Assembly: GCA_963730155.1 (NCBI GenBank)
Contig: CAVSQV010000002.1
Span: forward strand, 495,250-559,249
DNA: 64,000 bases
Source: an uncultured Acidobacteriota bacterium
GTDB lineage: Bacteria > Acidobacteriota > Thermoanaerobaculia > Multivoradales > JBCCEF01
Direction: 5' to 3'
Part shown: piece by piece, positions 63,605-64,000 of the stretch
Position numbering within the stretch: the stretch's first letter is position 1
How the letters are laid out: every line of letters starts with the position of its first letter
Made by a program: the position numbers and the translations under genes
Notes under the pieces: model-generated
The model's database searches: none
What the model was told of the DNA's origin: nothing
Seen by the model: the letters and a program-made list of their open reading frames with translations, nothing else

Positions 63605-64000
63605 ATGGCGACCCCACCCACCGCCGCCGGCAGCGTGGCGTTCGAGACCTCGACCGCGCTCGGCTTCGAAGCCGCCGTCGCGCGCTGCCGCGAGGAGCTG
63701 GCGAAGGAGGGCTTCGGCGTGCTGACCGAGATCGACGTCCAGGCGACGATGAAGAGGAAGCTCGACGTCGATCGCGAGCCCTACCTGATCCTCGGCGCCT
63801 GCCACCCGCCGTCGGCGCACCGGGCGCTCACCGCCCGGCCCGAGGTCGGCGTGCTCCTGCCGTGTAACGTCACGGTCTCTCGCGAGGGCGGCCGGACGGT
63901 GGTGCGGGCGATGAACCCGGAGAGCGCGATGACCCTCCTCGGCGACCCGGTGGTCGCCGAGGTCGCCGAGGAGGTCGGAGCGGCGCTCCGCCGGGTGGTC
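63605..64000 (+). CDS. DUF302-domain protein (3' end outside the window)
   Basis: My own translation from the ATG at 63605 gives ...LAKEGFGVLTEIDVQATMKRKLDVDREPYLILGACHPPSAHRAL...VGVLLPCNVTVSREGG. The frame is open to nt 64000. Confidence 0.7.
   Translation, partial: MATPPTAAGSVAFETSTALGFEAAVARCREELAKEGFGVLTEIDVQATMKRKLDVDREPYLILGACHPPSAHRALTARPEVGVLLPCNVTVSREGGRTVVRAMNPESAMTLLGDPVVAEVAEEVGAALRRVV

Overview
This is a 64-kb high-G+C bacterial chromosomal segment. Hand counts of ordinary 60-nt lines give about 70-75 % G+C. The taxon cannot be fixed from the sequence; the gene content would fit an Acidobacteriota- or Myxococcota-like environmental organism, at low confidence. I can support about 60 protein-coding genes. 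I found no rRNA, tRNA, CRISPR array, transposase or integrase.

Content from left to right:
- The 3' end of uvrA.
- A co-directional minus-strand run of accessory genes: a low-GC HNH-plus-helical-domain fusion, a Uma2 nuclease, an orphan ParD, a secreted CxxCH protein, a DUF4157 toxin-like protein, a YpfJ Zn-peptidase and a Cys-rich secreted protein.
- A GAF-type sigma-54 activator with a non-canonical GAFTGA loop. It is followed by a near-consensus -24/-12 promoter, a 51-aa membrane micro-ORF and an RsbW/RsbV/RsbU-type partner-switching trio with no sigma factor.
- A two-gene Septu-like defence module (ABC-type ATPase plus TIGR02646-type HNH).
- A PmbA/TldD-like gene coupled to a DUF2384-like gene.
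- An exported amidohydrolase and two tandem exported pcm genes.
- The conserved RDD-SpoIIM(DUF95)-DUF4129-DUF4350-MoxR-DUF58 operon.
- metE, a fatty-acid hydroxylase, a membrane-embedded alpha/beta hydrolase, and an HTTM-DCC fusion with a coupled partner.
- VapBC, PduO-type adenosyltransferase, pdxH and PhyH.
- Two tandem secreted HExxH metalloprotease paralogues.
- An acyl-CoA dehydrogenase and an APH-type kinase.
- MntA/HepT.
- A DAACS transporter.
- A CzcCBA/Cus-like metal efflux operon with a His-rich protein.
- An FAD amine oxidase placed divergently to a split copper-amine-oxidase-like pair.
- A second VapBC and a DUF302 gene that runs off the window.

Many of the longest ORFs in the six-frame track are off-frame artefacts of the G+C bias. 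Frameshifts are strongly clustered in a few genes (MoxR/DUF58, one protease paralogue, the DAACS transporter, and the RND pump and its adaptor). This points to assembly indels or very recent gene decay.

I see no single unmistakable novel system. The best candidates for follow-up are the Septu-like pair, the HNH-helical fusion, the DUF4157 protein, the sigma-54/partner-switching module, the exported isoaspartate-repair-like operon and the split CuAO-like pair.
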